Origin: an uncultured Bacilli bacterium
Lineage (GTDB): Bacteria; Bacillota_I; Bacilli_A; RF39; UBA660
Length of the DNA stretch: 64,000 bases
Direction: 5' to 3'
NCBI GenBank assembly: GCA_947625215.1
Contig: CANQNL010000002.1
Coordinates: 4,297 to 68,296, forward strand
Below the pieces are notes generated by a model. That model saw nothing but the letters and a program-made list of their open reading frames with translations, ran no database searches and had not been told where the DNA came from. Position numbers and translations under genes: made by a program. Shown in pieces: positions 9,195-20,361 of the stretch; positions within the stretch are counted from its first letter, which is position 1; every line of letters begins with the position of its first letter.

Positions 9195-11144
9195 TTATTC
9201 GCTTTTTAATTCATATAAAATATCACGAAGTTCCATAGCTCTTTCAAAGTCTAAGTTTTTAGCGGCCTGTTTCATTTCGTTTTCGATGTTAATCATTAAT
9301 TTTGCTTTTTCATTCTTACTCATTTTTTGTGGTTTTTCTTCTTTAATTTCTTCATTATTAGAAATTAAATCTCTAATTTCTTTAACAATTGTTTTTGGAA
9401 TAATGCCGTGCTTTTTATTATAATCATCTTGAATTTGTCTTCTTCTTTCTGTTTCTTTAATTGCTTTATTCATCGCATCGCTTATATAATCAGCATACAT
9501 TACTACTCTTCCTTCAGCATTTCTAGCGGCTCTACCAATTGTTTGAATTAAACTGCGTTCACTTCTTAGGAAGCCTTGCTTATCAGCGTCCATTATGGCA
9601 ATTAAACTTACTTCTGGAATATCAATTCCTTCTCTAAGTAAGTTTATTCCAACTAAGACGTCATATTTACCAAGTCTTACATCTCTAATTATTCTAGTTC
9701 TTTCTAAAGTTTTTACTTCGTTATGTAGATAAGCTACTTTAATATCGATTTTCTTTAAGTAATTTGTAAGTTCTTCGGCCATTCTTATAGTTAATGTCGT
9801 AATTAAGGTTCTTTCATTTTTATTTATTTGTTTTCTGATTTGTTCTACTAAATCATCTATTTGATTTTTAGTTGGCTTTACTTCAATACTTGGATCTAAT
9901 AGACCAGTTGGTCTAATAATTTGTTCAGTAACTTTATGATTACATTTTTCAAGTTCATAGTCCCCAGGGGTGGCTGAAACATATATCACATTATCGGTTT
10001 TTTGCTCAAATTCATCAAATTTTAATGGTCTATTATCTAGAGCACTTGGAAGTCTAAAACCATAATCTATTAATACTTGTTTTCGCGCTCTATCACCATT
10101 ATACATTGCTCTTACTTGGGGAATAGTAACGTGAGATTCATCGACAACTAATAGATAATCTTCACCGAAGAAATCCATTAAAGTTGTAGGAGTTTCTCCT
10201 TCTTCTCTTAAAGCTAAGTGTCTTGAATAGTTTTCTACGCCTCTACAAAAACCAGTTTCTGAAAGCATTTCAATATCATAATTTGTTCTTTCTTTTAGTC
10301 TTTGATATTCAAGTAATTTATTTTCTTTTTTAAAGTATTCTAATCTTTCTTCTAATTCATTTTTTATTCTTTGAACGGCTATTTTTAATTTATCTTCACT
10401 AGTAACAAAGTGACTAGCTGGAAAAATGGTTGTTGTTTTTTTATCATTTAAAATAGCTCCTGTTACGATATCAAATTCACTAATTCTTTCTATTTCATCG
10501 CCAAAGAATTCAACTCTTAAGCCTTTTGAATGGTCATTTGCGGGAATAACTTCTAAAACATCTCCTCTTACTCTAAATGTTCCTCTTTTTAAATCTATGT
10601 TATTCCTTTCATATAGCATTTCGATTAATTTTTCGATAACTTTATCTCTATCAATCGTTTCTCCTTTATTAAGGGATAAAGTTTTATTTCGGTATTCTTC
10701 AATTTCTCCAATACCATATATACAAGAAACTGAAGCTACAACAATAACGTCTTTATTATATAAAAGTGAGGAGGTAGCATAATGACGAAGTTCATCTATT
10801 TCATCATTTATTGCCGCATCTTTTTCAATATAAGTATCAGTTTTAGCTACATAAGCTTCGGGCTGATAATAATCATAGTAGGAAACAAAATAACAAACGT
10901 GGTTATTTGGAAATAATTCTTTTAATTCCCCATATAATTGCCCAGCTAAGGTTTTATTATGAGCTAAAACTAAAGTTGGTTTATTTATTTCTTTAATAAC
11001 GTTGGCGATTGTAAAAGTTTTTCCAGTACCTGTTGCTCCTAGTAATACTTGATTTTTCTTACCCTCTTTTATTCCATTTACTAATTCTTTAATAGCTTCG
11101 GGTTGATCGCCACTTGGTTTAAATTTTGATACTAAATTAAACAT
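9195..11144 (-). CDS. uvrB: Excinuclease ABC subunit B
   Basis: 649 aa with Walker [13 protein letters not shown] helicase motifs and a C-terminal UVR domain (FERAMELRD). No uvrA is adjacent. Confidence 0.95.
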   Translation of the reverse strand: MFNLVSKFKPSGDQPEAIKELVNGIKEGKKNQVLLGATGTGKTFTIANVIKEINKPTLVLAHNKTLAGQLYGELKELFPNNHVCYFVSYYDYYQPEAYVAKTDTYIEKDAAINDEIDELRHYATSSLLYNKDVIVVASVSCIYGIGEIEEYRNKTLSLNKGETIDRDKVIEKLIEMLYERNNIDLKRGTFRVRGDVLEVIPANDHSKGLRVEFFGDEIERISEFDIVTGAILNDKKTTTIFPASHFVTSEDKLKIAVQRIKNELEERLEYFKKENKLLEYQRLKERTNYDIEMLSETGFCRGVENYSRHLALREEGETPTTLMDFFGEDYLLVVDESHVTIPQVRAMYNGDRARKQVLIDYGFRLPSALDNRPLKFDEFEQKTDNVIYVSATPGDYELEKCNHKVTEQIIRPTGLLDPSIEVKPTKNQIDDLVEQIRKQINKNERTLITTLTIRMAEELTNYLKKIDIKVAYLHNEVKTLERTRIIRDVRLGKYDVLVGINLLREGIDIPEVSLIAIMDADKQGFLRSERSLIQTIGRAARNAEGRVVMYADYISDAMNKAIKETERRRQIQDDYNKKHGIIPKTIVKEIRDLISNNEEIKEEKPQKMSKNEKAKLMINIENEMKQAAKNLDFERAMELRDILYELKSE

Positions 11145-11200
11145 ATTTTTTCACCTTCTTTTTTAGTGATTTCTGTTAATATATTTTACCATTTATATAT

Positions 11201-11229
11201 AAAGAAAACAAGATAACTAAACTATCTTG
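11201..11229 (-). terminator. Possible terminator or insulator hairpin upstream of uvrB
   Basis: Stem CAAGATA / TATCTTG with a 7-nt loop. On the minus strand it is followed by TTTTCTTT. Confidence 0.35.
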
Positions 11230-11311
11230 CTTATCTTATTTTGAAACTTTGAATCTTTTATTTTTTTGATAATTTTTTAATACAGTTTTATCAAACATAA
11301 GTGACAAACTT

Positions 11312-11370
11312 ACAAAAATCAATCAGAACAAGATAAAGACTATATATTTTTTTCTTTTTGTGATAAAATA
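11312..11370. repeat. Direct repeat, copy A (25 bp exact plus a degenerate extension)
   Basis: ACAAAAATCAATCAGAACAAGATAA is identical at 11312..11336 and 11696..11720. Both copies continue to a similar TTTTTGTG(A/T)(T/G)AAAATA block. Confidence 0.8.
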
Positions 11371-11375
11371 CAGAT

Positions 11376-11720
11376 ATGGGGAGGTTTAGTCTGAAAAACA
11401 ATTATTTTGATGGCTATGTGTTCCTTAAACAAATTGAAAGGAATGGTTGGATTAAAATGAAAAATGAAGAAATTCTTGACAATGCATTTCTAAATGAGGA
11501 AAAAGAAATAAATAAAGAAAAACAAAATAGAAGTTTTAAAGAGCACGAAAGACCTAATTTACGCATAAGAAAAGTAGTAAAATCAAATATTACAATTAAA
11601 CGCGATGATACAGGAAAAATGATAATTCCATCTCGATTTTTATTAGAAGAGGTTAGAACTGAAGAAAATCAAACAGAAAAAATAAATAAAGGAAAACAAA
11701 AATCAATCAGAACAAGATAA
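11376..11720 (+). CDS. Hypothetical K/E-rich small protein (doubtful)
   Basis: 114-aa ORF with no recognisable motif and a weak RBS. Its 3' end coincides with repeat copy B. Confidence 0.25.
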   Translation: MGRFSLKNNYFDGYVFLKQIERNGWIKMKNEEILDNAFLNEEKEINKEKQNRSFKEHERPNLRIRKVVKSNITIKRDDTGKMIIPSRFLLEEVRTEENQTEKINKGKQKSIRTR

Positions 11721-11750
11721 TGGGTTATTCCCTTTTTTTGTGTGAAAATA
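11696..11750. repeat. Direct repeat, copy B
   Basis: See copy A. The 25-bp exact match ends at the ORF stop codon. Confidence 0.8.
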
Positions 11751-12194
11751 TGAATTATGATTTCTACTATTTTTTATAAACTTAAATCATACTAAACCTA
11801 ATAATTCCTTTTAATTTATTTCTATTTAAAATTATTTTGAACTTTGAAGATTTTTTTCTAAATAATAGAGGCCGAATTTTTGCATATTTTTGCATTTTTT
11901 CGGCCATATAATTTTTTATTAAAATTATTTCATTTAAAAATTTGTAGTATCATAAATAAAAGTAAAGATTACATTCTTTGAAACTTTTTATATAATTTCT
12001 TTCATTATTTTAAATTAATTTATGTGAATTATTTTTAAGAAAGGTTTTTTCATTTTTCATAATTGCGTTTTCTTTACTTTCGTACTTACATTATATAATA
12101 TATATGTACAAAAGTAAGGGTGAACTTAATTATTTACAAACTAAATAATAATTAGCATTATAGTTGGATATAAATATATGAAAACATATGATAA

Positions 12195-12234
12195 TTAAAA
12201 ACAAAAACTTTAGCTCATAGTTGGCTAAAGTTTT
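12195..12234 (-). terminator. Rho-independent terminator after the DUF5684-like gene
   Basis: Stem AAAACTTTAGC / GCTAAAGTTTT with a 9-nt loop and T-runs on both strands. Confidence 0.65.
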
Positions 12235-12254
12235 TATATTAAATAATTTTAGTA

Positions 12255-12746
12255 TTATTCCGCTTTCTTAGATTCATTCTTTACATATTTGATTTTACTA
12301 AATGCTAAAATCAAAATAAAGATTGGATTTAAGAACAATAATCCTAATGTATACCCAACACCTTTGCCGAAAGCTTTTGAAAGCATATGTGTCTGGTATA
12401 TACTAATTACTAGTGCTGCGAGTAAGAAAATAAGTCCAACTACTGGGATAACACTTAAAGCAGCTAGAATTATAACGGCTAAAAATAACCAAGGTGTTAC
12501 TCCAGAAATTCGATACAATACAACTTGATTGTATATTGGAATAATTGATTTCCAACCTTTTTCACCAGCTTTAGTAAAGATTTTCCACCAAGCAATTATT
12601 TGAATAATAGTCCAAACTAGACCGATTGTTAAAATTACTCCAATATACGCTCCAAAAGCAGCAAATATAGCATTTTGAGTTTCTGGATCTAAACCACCTA
12701 CTAATTGCTGAAGTTGTTCTGGTGTTTCAATACTACTAACATCCAT
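12255..12746 (-). CDS. DUF5684-like small membrane protein
   Basis: 163 aa. WWKIFTKAGEKGWKSIIPIYNQVVLYRISG matches the block I associate with DUF5684, and there are 4 TM segments. Confidence 0.55.
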   Translation of the reverse strand: MDVSSIETPEQLQQLVGGLDPETQNAIFAAFGAYIGVILTIGLVWTIIQIIAWWKIFTKAGEKGWKSIIPIYNQVVLYRISGVTPWLFLAVIILAALSVIPVVGLIFLLAALVISIYQTHMLSKAFGKGVGYTLGLLFLNPIFILILAFSKIKYVKNESKKAE

Positions 12747-12771
12747 TTACATATTCTCCTTCCTTATAAAA

Positions 12772-12800
12772 ATTATACTAATTAGCCATAGATTTGTCAA
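12772..12800 (-). promoter_or_regulatory. Consensus sigma-A promoter TTGACA-17-TATAAT
   Basis: The minus strand reads TTGACA aatctatggctaattag TATAAT. It lies about 25 nt upstream of ATG 12746, and RBS GGAAGGAG follows. Confidence 0.7.
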
Positions 12801-12812
12801 TTTTTTTAATAT

Positions 12813-13220
12813 TTATTTTAAAATATAATTTAAAATAAATAAACTTAAAGAAGCACCTAAAGTATCAATAAAAATATCAAGTAATTTAGGAGTTCTACCA
12901 TCAATAAAAATCTGATGAACTTCATCACTAACAGCATATATAAAACAGAATATAATACCAATTATTAATTTATTATCTAAATTATATAATCTTAAATTTA
13001 AAAATAATAATATTCCTAAAATAAAATATTCCATAAAATGAGCTGTTTTTCTTACAATAATACTTATTTCTTCATCTTTATTTTTAATATTTAATATATT
13101 AGTTATTGATGATACAAATTTATCACTAACGCCAGTACTTTTATCAGCTGTTTGATTTGAAAACATAAATATTATTATTAACCATATAACTAATAATGTA
13201 CCTAATATTATTTTTGGCAT
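12813..13220 (-). CDS. VanZ-like family membrane protein, copy 1 (last gene of the left glycan operon)
   Basis: 135 aa with VRKTAHFMEYFILG and SDEVHQIFIDGR motifs. It is near-identical to 45965..46375. Confidence 0.8.
   Translation of the reverse strand: MPKIILGTLLVIWLIIIFMFSNQTADKSTGVSDKFVSSITNILNIKNKDEEISIIVRKTAHFMEYFILGILLFLNLRLYNLDNKLIIGIIFCFIYAVSDEVHQIFIDGRTPKLLDIFIDTLGASLSLFILNYILK
12834..13215. repeat. Left arm of a 382-bp inverted repeat (381/382 identical to 45973..46354)
   Basis: I aligned the reverse complement against 45973..46354 base by base. The only mismatch is 13155 versus 46033 (AAT/AAC, synonymous). Confidence 0.95.
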
Positions 13221-13238
13221 TGTATCATCTCCTTTATG

Positions 13239-14402
13239 TTAATCTCTAATATAAATATCTCTTGAATATATTTTATTCATTACATCTTCTATATTTTCAT
13301 CTATTCTATTGGCAATTATTAAATCACTTTGTTTTTTAAATTCATCTAAATTATTTATTTTTTCACAATTATTAAAATTATCTTCTTTTAATATTGGCTC
13401 ATATATAATTACGTTTACTTTATCTTTAAGCATATTTATAACATCTTGAATAGCACTAGCTCTAAAGTTATCAGAATTTGATTTCATAGTTAGTCTATAT
13501 ATTCCAACTGTTTTAGGATTTTTTTCTAAAATCATATTTACAATATGTTTTTTTCTTGTATCATTAGCTTTTACAATGGCTTCAATCATATTATTTGGAA
13601 CATCTTTAAAGTTAGCTAAGAGTTGTTTTGTATCTTTAGGAAGGCAGTAGCCTCCATAACCAAAAGATGGATTATTATAAAAGTCCCCTATTCTAGGATC
13701 TAAACATACTCCTTCAATTATATCTTTTGTATTTAAGTCTTTTACTTCAGCATAAGTATCCAATTCATTAAAATAAGCAACTCTTAAAGCTAAATATGTA
13801 TTAGCAAATAATTTAACTGCTTCAGCTTCTTTTGAACCCATTAAAAGTATTTTTACGTCTTTTTTTAAGGCACCTTCTTTTAAAGCTTCAGCGAACTTTA
13901 AAGCTTCCTTACTTTTAGAACCAACAATGATTCTAGATGGATATAAATTATCATATAAAGCTTTACCTTCTCTTAAAAATTCAGGAGAAAACATTATATT
14001 ATCAATATTGTATTTTTCTTTCATTTTATCGGTAAAACCTACAGGTATAGTTGATTTTATAATTATAGTTGTTTCTAATTTCATATCTACTACTTTTTTA
14101 ATAATATCTTCAACAGAAGATGTATCAAAATGATTTAAAACATCATCATAATTAGTAGGTGTACTTATAACAATATAATCAGCATCTTTAAAAGCTTCTT
14201 TATAATCTAAAGTGGCTTTTAGATTTAATTTTTTATTTTTAAAATAATCTTCTATCTCTTTATCTTTAATTGGAGATATTCTATTATTAATCATATTTAC
14301 TTTATCTTCGATTATATCTAAAGCCACTACTTCATTATTTTGTGAAAGTAATGTAGCTATCGATAATCCAACATAACCTGTTCCTGCTACCGCTATTTTC
14401 AT
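13239..14402 (-). CDS. ugd: UDP-glucose 6-dehydrogenase
   Basis: 387 aa with [14 protein letters not shown] and the [10 protein letters not shown] catalytic Cys motif. Confidence 0.9.
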   Translation of the reverse strand: MKIAVAGTGYVGLSIATLLSQNNEVVALDIIEDKVNMINNRISPIKDKEIEDYFKNKKLNLKATLDYKEAFKDADYIVISTPTNYDDVLNHFDTSSVEDIIKKVVDMKLETTIIIKSTIPVGFTDKMKEKYNIDNIMFSPEFLREGKALYDNLYPSRIIVGSKSKEALKFAEALKEGALKKDVKILLMGSKEAEAVKLFANTYLALRVAYFNELDTYAEVKDLNTKDIIEGVCLDPRIGDFYNNPSFGYGGYCLPKDTKQLLANFKDVPNNMIEAIVKANDTRKKHIVNMILEKNPKTVGIYRLTMKSNSDNFRASAIQDVINMLKDKVNVIIYEPILKEDNFNNCEKINNLDEFKKQSDLIIANRIDENIEDVMNKIYSRDIYIRD

Positions 14403-14429
14403 ATTGATTCACCTTCTTTCGTGAAGAAT

Positions 14430-15989
14430 CTAATTTTCTTTTTCTTCGTGATATTCTTGTTCTGTATTGACATTCCAAATATTGTTCTTGTCTTTAACAC
14501 CATTTAAAATATTTTTAACTGTTTCAAATGATGTAACCATTGAATGATCCATATTGTTATATCTGTGTTGTCCATTTCTACCAACACAATATAGATTCTC
14601 ATAATTATTCAAATATTCGATTAATTCATCGATCTTATCATAAGTGTCAAAATATGCTGGATAAGCTTTTTTTACTTTTTCTCTGTGACTATCTAATACA
14701 CTTTCTTCACCTATTATTCCCATTGATACTAATTCTTTAGTGGCAAACTCAATACATTCTTTATCACTCATATTCCAGAATGAATCACCCTCATCACAGA
14801 AATATTCTAATCCTATCCATACTGTATTATCAGGATTTTTTACCATATATGGTGACCAGTTATTGAATATTTGTATTCTTCCTAATTTTACATTTGGTTC
14901 TTGAACATATATCCAACAATCTGGGACGATATTATTTAATGTTTTAATGTCAGTTTCATTTTTTAAGTTTAATTTATTTACTAAAAGTCCTACTGTAACA
15001 AAGTCACGATATGGTAGTCCTTTAGCTATATCGTAATACTTCTTAGGTGCTTTTGTTTTAAAATCTACTACTAAATCTTTAAGTGGCATTGATGATATAA
15101 ATATATCTCCTTTTATTTCTTCTTTTTTATTTTTTACTTCACAAGTGACTGATGAAATTTTGTTTTTGTCATTTTTTATTTCAACTACTTTATATCCTTT
15201 TTTAATTGTTCCGCCCATTTTTTCAAAATCTTTAGCTACTGTTTCCCAAAGTTGACCTGGGCCATATTTTGGATATATAAATTCTTCTATTAAAGATGTT
15301 TCGACCTTTCCATTATTAATATGGAATACCTTTTTAAACATATCTTTTATTATTCCAATAACTGATAAACCTTTTACTCTTTGAGCTCCCCAATCAGCTG
15401 ATATTTCACTAGGATGTCTTCCCCATAATTTTTCAGTATATTTTTCAAAAAACATACTATATAGTTTTTTACCAAATCTATTTATATAGAAATTTTCTAG
15501 TGATGTTTCTGGCTTTTTAACTATAGTGCTTTTTAAATAGCTAAAACCACCAGCTAAAGTTCTACCTAATCCCATATTTTTAAAAGTCTGTAGTTTCATA
15601 CTTATTGGATAATCAAAGAATTTTTTTAAATAATATATTCTTGATACTCTATTTCTTAATAGTAATACTCTATCTTCCTTTTCAGGATCTGGTCCATTTG
15701 GGTTTAGATTCTTTTTTCTTCCTAATTTTTTATCATCGTATGATGGTTTTCCCTGTATTGGCATAATGTTTTTCCAAAACTCCATTACTTCTTCATCTTT
15801 TGAAAAGAATCTATGACCACCGATATCCATTCTATTACCGTTATGTTTTACAGTTCTAGATATACCGCCTATTTCATTACTTTCTTCTAATATAATTACT
15901 TCATAGTCTTTGCTCTGTTTTAAAAGTTCATAACCTGCTGTAAGTCCAGCTGGACCAGCACCTATTATTATTACTTTTTCTTTCTTCAT
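14430..15989 (-). CDS. NAD(P)/FAD-dependent oxidoreductase (amine-oxidase/UDP-galactopyranose-mutase-like fold)
   Basis: The start was moved to [22 protein letters not shown], which has RBS AGGAGTG 5 nt upstream. The track start at 16007 would overlap gtrA. Rossmann GxGxxG motif present. Confidence 0.7.
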   Translation of the reverse strand: MKKEKVIIIGAGPAGLTAGYELLKQSKDYEVIILEESNEIGGISRTVKHNGNRMDIGGHRFFSKDEEVMEFWKNIMPIQGKPSYDDKKLGRKKNLNPNGPDPEKEDRVLLLRNRVSRIYYLKKFFDYPISMKLQTFKNMGLGRTLAGGFSYLKSTIVKKPETSLENFYINRFGKKLYSMFFEKYTEKLWGRHPSEISADWGAQRVKGLSVIGIIKDMFKKVFHINNGKVETSLIEEFIYPKYGPGQLWETVAKDFEKMGGTIKKGYKVVEIKNDKNKISSVTCEVKNKKEEIKGDIFISSMPLKDLVVDFKTKAPKKYYDIAKGLPYRDFVTVGLLVNKLNLKNETDIKTLNNIVPDCWIYVQEPNVKLGRIQIFNNWSPYMVKNPDNTVWIGLEYFCDEGDSFWNMSDKECIEFATKELVSMGIIGEESVLDSHREKVKKAYPAYFDTYDKIDELIEYLNNYENLYCVGRNGQHRYNNMDHSMVTSFETVKNILNGVKDKNNIWNVNTEQEYHEEKEN

Positions 15990-15999
15990 ACTATCACTC

Positions 16000-16434
16000 C
16001 TACTCAATTACTTTGTATAATACCTTTCTAGCCCCAAAGTTCCATATAAATACTATTATTGTTGATATAATCTTACTTACCATATAAAATAAGGCAATTT
16101 TCTCAGTAAATAACCATAATAACAATGTATCTAAACCTAAACCAATTACTCCAATAATGGCATATATTGTAAATTCACTTATTTTGGAAATACTTACATT
16201 ATTACTAAAGACAAATTTTTTACTTAATATATAATTAACAATTAATCCTAGAGTAAAGGATAAAACATTAGATACAATATAATGAATATGAAACATATCG
16301 GTAAATACATAAAGCATTCCAATGTTTACTATGGCTGCTATACCACCAACAAATCCATATCTTATAAATTGTAAAAATGAATTATTGGTTTGATTTATAA
16401 ATAGCTTATTTATTAATTCAGTCATTTTTATCAC
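16000..16434 (-). CDS. GtrA-family membrane protein (polyprenyl-phosphate-sugar translocation family)
   Basis: 144 aa with 4 TM segments. [25 protein letters not shown] is a typical GtrA N-terminus. Confidence 0.75.
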   Translation of the reverse strand: MIKMTELINKLFINQTNNSFLQFIRYGFVGGIAAIVNIGMLYVFTDMFHIHYIVSNVLSFTLGLIVNYILSKKFVFSNNVSISKISEFTIYAIIGVIGLGLDTLLLWLFTEKIALFYMVSKIISTIIVFIWNFGARKVLYKVIE

Positions 16435-17977
16435 TTCTCTTTACTTTATTATTTAAACTTAAGGCATATATTAATAGCGGAACTGCACAAATTATCTGTG
16501 AATAGACAAATCTATATTCTTCACCAGTTATTAGTAACATAATTACTAAAGTATTGGATAAAACTAAGACAAATGGTAAATAGCTTGTCCATTCTTTTCG
16601 TTTTTTAAATATTGTTATTGCTATTGAAAATACAATTATAAATAAACTAGTTCCAACACTGAAAAATATATAGTTTAATGGTGATGCTGATACAATTTCC
16701 GTATATCTTTCATACCATCCACGAGTGTATTTAACAGCAGCTGATTTAGAATCTAAAATTGTAAAAGTTGTATCAGGGCTTTTAAAATCAACCTGATTTC
16801 TTATCTTCCATATTGGGCTTGTAACATTCATATATGAACGGATATACATATTTGGATATTTTAAGCCATACTTTATATAGAAATTTACAATTTCTTTAGA
16901 ATTTTCACGTCCCCAAATAAAGTAGCGTTTTTTAACTTCTTTATCAAACTTAAAAGGATTGAAATTAGCTGGTCGATATTTTTCTTCCCATTTTTCTTTA
17001 GGTGCTAAATCATCAAGTAATTTTTGATCTTCTTTAGATAACAGAACATTTTGATGATATACATAAGCTATTTGGTTCATTGGGACACCGATAAGTTCGG
17101 AAATTCCACCATCTTTTGACATATTTAAGCTATTATAAACAGGGCCATATAAGATAAATCTAAATAATATTAAACCAATTATCGTAACGGTATAAAATAA
17201 TCTTTTTTCCTTAAAAAATATTATCAAGAGGACAAACATCAAAAATACATTAGCGATACCATTATGTCTAACAAGCATTATGCCTAAGCTTGTTATAATA
17301 AGTAATATTTTGTGACTGTTTTTATTTATCCACTCACCTTTTGTTAGAACTATTTCAATTAATAGTAATGTTCCTAGGAAAAGAAGATAGGAAAATGGGC
17401 CATCTTTTCCAATATACATTGCCATTTTGATAAAAGTAGGATTTAATATAACCAATAATAAGGTTATAATAGTTCCTTTTTTATTAAAGAAATATTTTCT
17501 TAAAAAATAACAGAAATATAATAATATAGCACCTACAATTATCAGTTCAAATATTGCACATGATGCATAGCTATTATATATAAGTGAAGGAAGCTTCATA
17601 AATATAAATGTATGAATGAATGGATGCCAATTAGAATATATGCCACTTTGAACTTCTTTCCATTGACTTGGTGTATCTGCAGCTTTTAAAACAGCTGGAT
17701 AAAAGGCTATAAAAGCAAATAGCAATACTACAAATATAATAAGTCCATATACAATAAGTTCTTTTTTATTAAATTTTTCTTTATTAGTTGGCAATTTTAA
17801 ATTAACAATTTTAGGGAAAATAATGTTTAGAATAATAAAGGAAATTATAAATACTACTATTAAACTAAAATATGAAATGCTTTCTGTAACACTAAAACAA
17901 ATAGCTATAGAAAAATATATTGATAAAAGTGTAATTAAAATTTCTTTTAAAATTTTATTTTTGTTCATTATTTTCAC
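16418..17977 (-). CDS. Polytopic membrane protein, GT-C-like glycosyltransferase candidate (tandem paralog 2)
   Basis: 519 aa with more than 10 TM segments. It is a clear paralog of 17955..19487, sharing blocks SGxYSNWHP, FCYFLRKYFFNKKGTI, NQIAYVYHQ, YMNVTSPIWKI and EWTSYLPFVLVLSN. Confidence 0.45.
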   Translation of the reverse strand: MKIMNKNKILKEILITLLSIYFSIAICFSVTESISYFSLIVVFIISFIILNIIFPKIVNLKLPTNKEKFNKKELIVYGLIIFVVLLFAFIAFYPAVLKAADTPSQWKEVQSGIYSNWHPFIHTFIFMKLPSLIYNSYASCAIFELIIVGAILLYFCYFLRKYFFNKKGTIITLLLVILNPTFIKMAMYIGKDGPFSYLLFLGTLLLIEIVLTKGEWINKNSHKILLIITSLGIMLVRHNGIANVFLMFVLLIIFFKEKRLFYTVTIIGLILFRFILYGPVYNSLNMSKDGGISELIGVPMNQIAYVYHQNVLLSKEDQKLLDDLAPKEKWEEKYRPANFNPFKFDKEVKKRYFIWGRENSKEIVNFYIKYGLKYPNMYIRSYMNVTSPIWKIRNQVDFKSPDTTFTILDSKSAAVKYTRGWYERYTEIVSASPLNYIFFSVGTSLFIIVFSIAITIFKKRKEWTSYLPFVLVLSNTLVIMLLITGEEYRFVYSQIICAVPLLIYALSLNNKVKRSDKND

Positions 17978-19487
17978 CTTCTTTCTTATTTAACCATAAT
18001 GAATATATTAATAATGGAATCATACATATTATTTGGGAATAGACAAATCGGCATTCATAACCGGTAAGTAAAAGCATAATTATTGCTGTGTTTGAAAGAA
18101 CTAAGACAAATGGTAAATAACTTGTCCATTCTTTTTTTCTTTTATTAATAGTAATAAATAATGAAAATACAATTATAAATAAGCTAAAGCCTACTCCAAA
18201 GAAAATATATTTTGAAGTAATAATACCGCTATATTTATCTACATAATTACCAACACGAATACTTACTGGTGAATTTTTGCTACTTCCTATAAACTGAACA
18301 TTATCTTGAATTTTCCATATTGGACTGGTAACATTCATATATGCTCGAATATATTTATGTGGATACTTAAGTCCATATTTGATATAAAAATTCATTATAT
18401 CTTCAAAATTATTAGATACCCAGTTTCTATATGGTTCACCATTATCGTGAGTATATATTCCGTAAGTTTTCCCGTGACCTTTTAAACTATTAAAAGTAGC
18501 TGGTTCATAATATTTATTCCAAGTTTCTTTATCAGCAAATTTATCTAATAATTCTTGTTCATCTTTAGTTATATCGATATCTTGATGATAAACATAGGCA
18601 ATTTGATTCATCAAAACACCCATCATTTCTTCTTTACCACCATTTGGTTTTATATTTAAATTATCATATATCGGGCCATATAAGATAAATCTAAAAGCAA
18701 TTAATAATATACCGGTAATAATGTAAAATTTTTTATTTTTATAAAATATTGATAGAAATAAGAAAATTAGAAATACACTAACAATTCCATTATGTCTAAA
18801 TAGCATAATACCTAAACTGGTTAAAATTAATAATATTTTATTTTTATTGTTTTCTATCCATTTACCTTTTGTTAGAACTATTTCAATTATGAATATTGTT
18901 CCTATAAACATACACCAAGAAAATGGAATATCTTTGTAGATATACATTGCCCATCTTATAACTGCTGGATTTAATATAATTAAAAGCAATGATATTATCG
19001 TACCTTTTTTGTTAAAGAAGTATTTTCTTAAAAAGTAACAAAAATATAGTAAAATTAAACCAATAAACAATAATTGAAATATCGCACACGAAACATAGCT
19101 ATTATGAAACAATGATGGGAGTTTTAAAAATATTAATGTTTCTACTACTGGATGCCAATTAGAATATACGCCACTTTGAACTTGTTTCCATTGAACTTCT
19201 GTATCAGTATTTATTACACCTGGATATGAGGCAATAAATGATACTACTAAAAATATTAAAATAATAAATCCATATATAATAAGTTCCTTTTTATTAAAGT
19301 TTCCTTTATTCTTCTTAAAACTAAAATCGGTTATTTTTGGAAAAATTTTATTTAAAATTATAAAGGAAATTATAAATAAAATAAGCATAGCTATTAATGA
19401 TACTTTTTCAAATACATTATAAGTAATAGCTACTGAAAAATATATTGATAAAAGTATTGTTAACATTTTTTGTAGTATGTTATTCAC
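17955..19487 (-). CDS. Polytopic membrane protein, GT-C-like glycosyltransferase candidate (tandem paralog 1)
   Basis: 510 aa. See the paralog at 16418..17977. Confidence 0.45.
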   Translation of the reverse strand: MNNILQKMLTILLSIYFSVAITYNVFEKVSLIAMLILFIISFIILNKIFPKITDFSFKKNKGNFNKKELIIYGFIILIFLVVSFIASYPGVINTDTEVQWKQVQSGVYSNWHPVVETLIFLKLPSLFHNSYVSCAIFQLLFIGLILLYFCYFLRKYFFNKKGTIISLLLIILNPAVIRWAMYIYKDIPFSWCMFIGTIFIIEIVLTKGKWIENNKNKILLILTSLGIMLFRHNGIVSVFLIFLFLSIFYKNKKFYIITGILLIAFRFILYGPIYDNLNIKPNGGKEEMMGVLMNQIAYVYHQDIDITKDEQELLDKFADKETWNKYYEPATFNSLKGHGKTYGIYTHDNGEPYRNWVSNNFEDIMNFYIKYGLKYPHKYIRAYMNVTSPIWKIQDNVQFIGSSKNSPVSIRVGNYVDKYSGIITSKYIFFGVGFSLFIIVFSLFITINKRKKEWTSYLPFVLVLSNTAIIMLLLTGYECRFVYSQIICMIPLLIYSLWLNKKEGENNEQK

Positions 19488-19502
19488 ATTATCACCTTCT
19501 TT

Positions 19503-20345
19503 TTATTTAAATCTAGTTAATATATGATTTCCAGCATTGGTATGAATTATTTCACCGGAAATACAATTTGAAAAATCGGAAATTAGAAACAAAACTGTTT
19601 CAGCAACTTCTTCTGGAACAAAATATCTTTCACAATTTTCTTTACCAGAATATAAATCACCATTTTTATCTATACTAGTCATTTCCGTAGCTGTAACTCC
19701 AGGAGCTACCCCATTAACTCTAACTCCTTTGCGGTAAAACTCCGTTGATAGTCCTTTCACTAAACTATTAATGGCTACTTTTGTTAAACCATAAGGTATA
19801 TTGTCACAATAATCACCTCGCTCGGATGAAATGAAAATTATATTTGCCCCTTTTTGATCTATAGCTAAATATTTTCTTAAAAAATGCTGGGTAAAAAAGT
19901 AACTACCGTATAAATTTGTTTCCATTTGATTTTTAAAGCTTTCTTCGGTAACATCGAAAAAGCTTTTTTCGTGTAATGAAATACCAGCATTATTAATTAA
20001 ACAGTCTATTTTGCCATATTTTTCATAGATTTTATCAATGATATCTTTTCCTTTAGCAAAATCTTTAATATCAAAAACCATATATTCACTATTTTCGCCA
20101 ATTTCTTTTGTAGTTTGGGAAAGCTCTTTTTCATTTCTTCCTGTTATAATTACTTTAGCGCCTTCGCTTGCTAATTTTTTCGCTATTGCTTTTCCTAAAC
20201 CTTTTCCACCACCAGTGATTACTACTACTTTGTCAGTTAAACAATGTTTCATATCACTTTGAATAATTTCAGCTTTAATTACTTTTGGTTTATGATCATA
20301 AGCAATATATTTAAATGCTCTTTTGAAATATGTTCCTAAACTCAT
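19503..20345 (-). CDS. Short-chain dehydrogenase/reductase (SDR)
   Basis: 280 aa with TGGGKGLGKAIA cofactor motif, NNAG, and a Y-x-x-x-K region (PYGLTKVA). Confidence 0.8.
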   Translation of the reverse strand: MSLGTYFKRAFKYIAYDHKPKVIKAEIIQSDMKHCLTDKVVVITGGGKGLGKAIAKKLASEGAKVIITGRNEKELSQTTKEIGENSEYMVFDIKDFAKGKDIIDKIYEKYGKIDCLINNAGISLHEKSFFDVTEESFKNQMETNLYGSYFFTQHFLRKYLAIDQKGANIIFISSERGDYCDNIPYGLTKVAINSLVKGLSTEFYRKGVRVNGVAPGVTATEMTSIDKNGDLYSGKENCERYFVPEEVAETVLFLISDFSNCISGEIIHTNAGNHILTRFK

Positions 20346-20361
20346 TTACAACATACCTCCC

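Noticed and set aside
11145-11230. An SOS (Cheo) box upstream of uvrB.
   Set aside because: No GAAC-N4-GTTC-like motif is present in the roughly 90 bp upstream of the uvrB start.
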